From Octopus sinensis (Eukaryota), in assembly GCF_006345805.1 (NCBI RefSeq), contig NC_043001.1, positions 31,682,001 through 31,746,000 on the forward strand: 64,000 bases of DNA, written 5' to 3'. The translations under genes were made by a program, and so were the position numbers. Below, in pieces: positions 63,625 through 64,000 of this stretch (position 1 is its first letter; the number at the start of each line of letters is the position of its first letter). The notes under the pieces are model-generated. The model worked only from the letters and a program-made list of their open reading frames with translations. It did no database searches and was not told the DNA's origin.

Positions 63625-64000
63625 TATTTTACTTGTATCAGTCATTGGAATGCAGTCATGCTGGAGCACCCACTTGAAGGGTTTTAGTCGAACAAATCGA
63701 CCCCAATACTTATACTTTTGTTGTTTTTTTTAATATTAAGTCTGGTACTTATTCTATTAGCCTCTTTTGCCGAACTGCTAATTTGCGGGGACGTGAACAA
63801 ACCAATATCGTTTGTCAAGCGGTAAGGTGGTCGTGTGACAAACGCAGACGCAAAGACGTACACACCACAAACACCACACTCACACACATCACACACACAC
63901 ACACACACACACACACCACACACACACACACACAACACACACACACACACGACAGGCTTCCACAGTTTCCGTTACCTACCAAATTCTCTCACAAGGCATT
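63625..64000 (-). mobile_element. SINE family A, diverged, running off the window end
   Basis: Tail and body modules plus (CA)n. Confidence 0.78.

Overview
Eukaryotic, AT-rich, repeat-dense genomic DNA with one 100-N assembly gap (15752-15851) and no long intact ORF. The SINE families and very dense (TA)n/(CATA)n/(AGAT)n/(CA)n microsatellites suggest a coleoid cephalopod, probably Octopus (inference from recalled repeat families, not a database search). Most ORF-track entries are microsatellite or SINE read-through artefacts. Supportable content: three or more tRNA-derived SINE families (several with TSDs, one nested); a Chapaev-3-type DNA transposon with both TIRs and a TTA TSD; a decayed RepHel Helitron and two complete non-autonomous Helitrons; a Tc1/mariner relic and mariner MITEs; CR1-like and Dong/R4-like LINE relics; and a minisatellite with a 191-bp higher-order repeat. 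No host gene can be named; there is one candidate orphan coding exon (23546-~23858, minus) and a 5-kb TE-free, UTR-like island. The most notable signal is hammerhead ribozyme (HHR) motifs in four unrelated small repeats. These include a ~1.8-unit tandem repeat whose two intact HHRs lie exactly 434 nt apart (candidate retrozyme/circular RNA) and a fold-back element joining a tRNA-derived head to an HHR-bearing Penelope-like tail.
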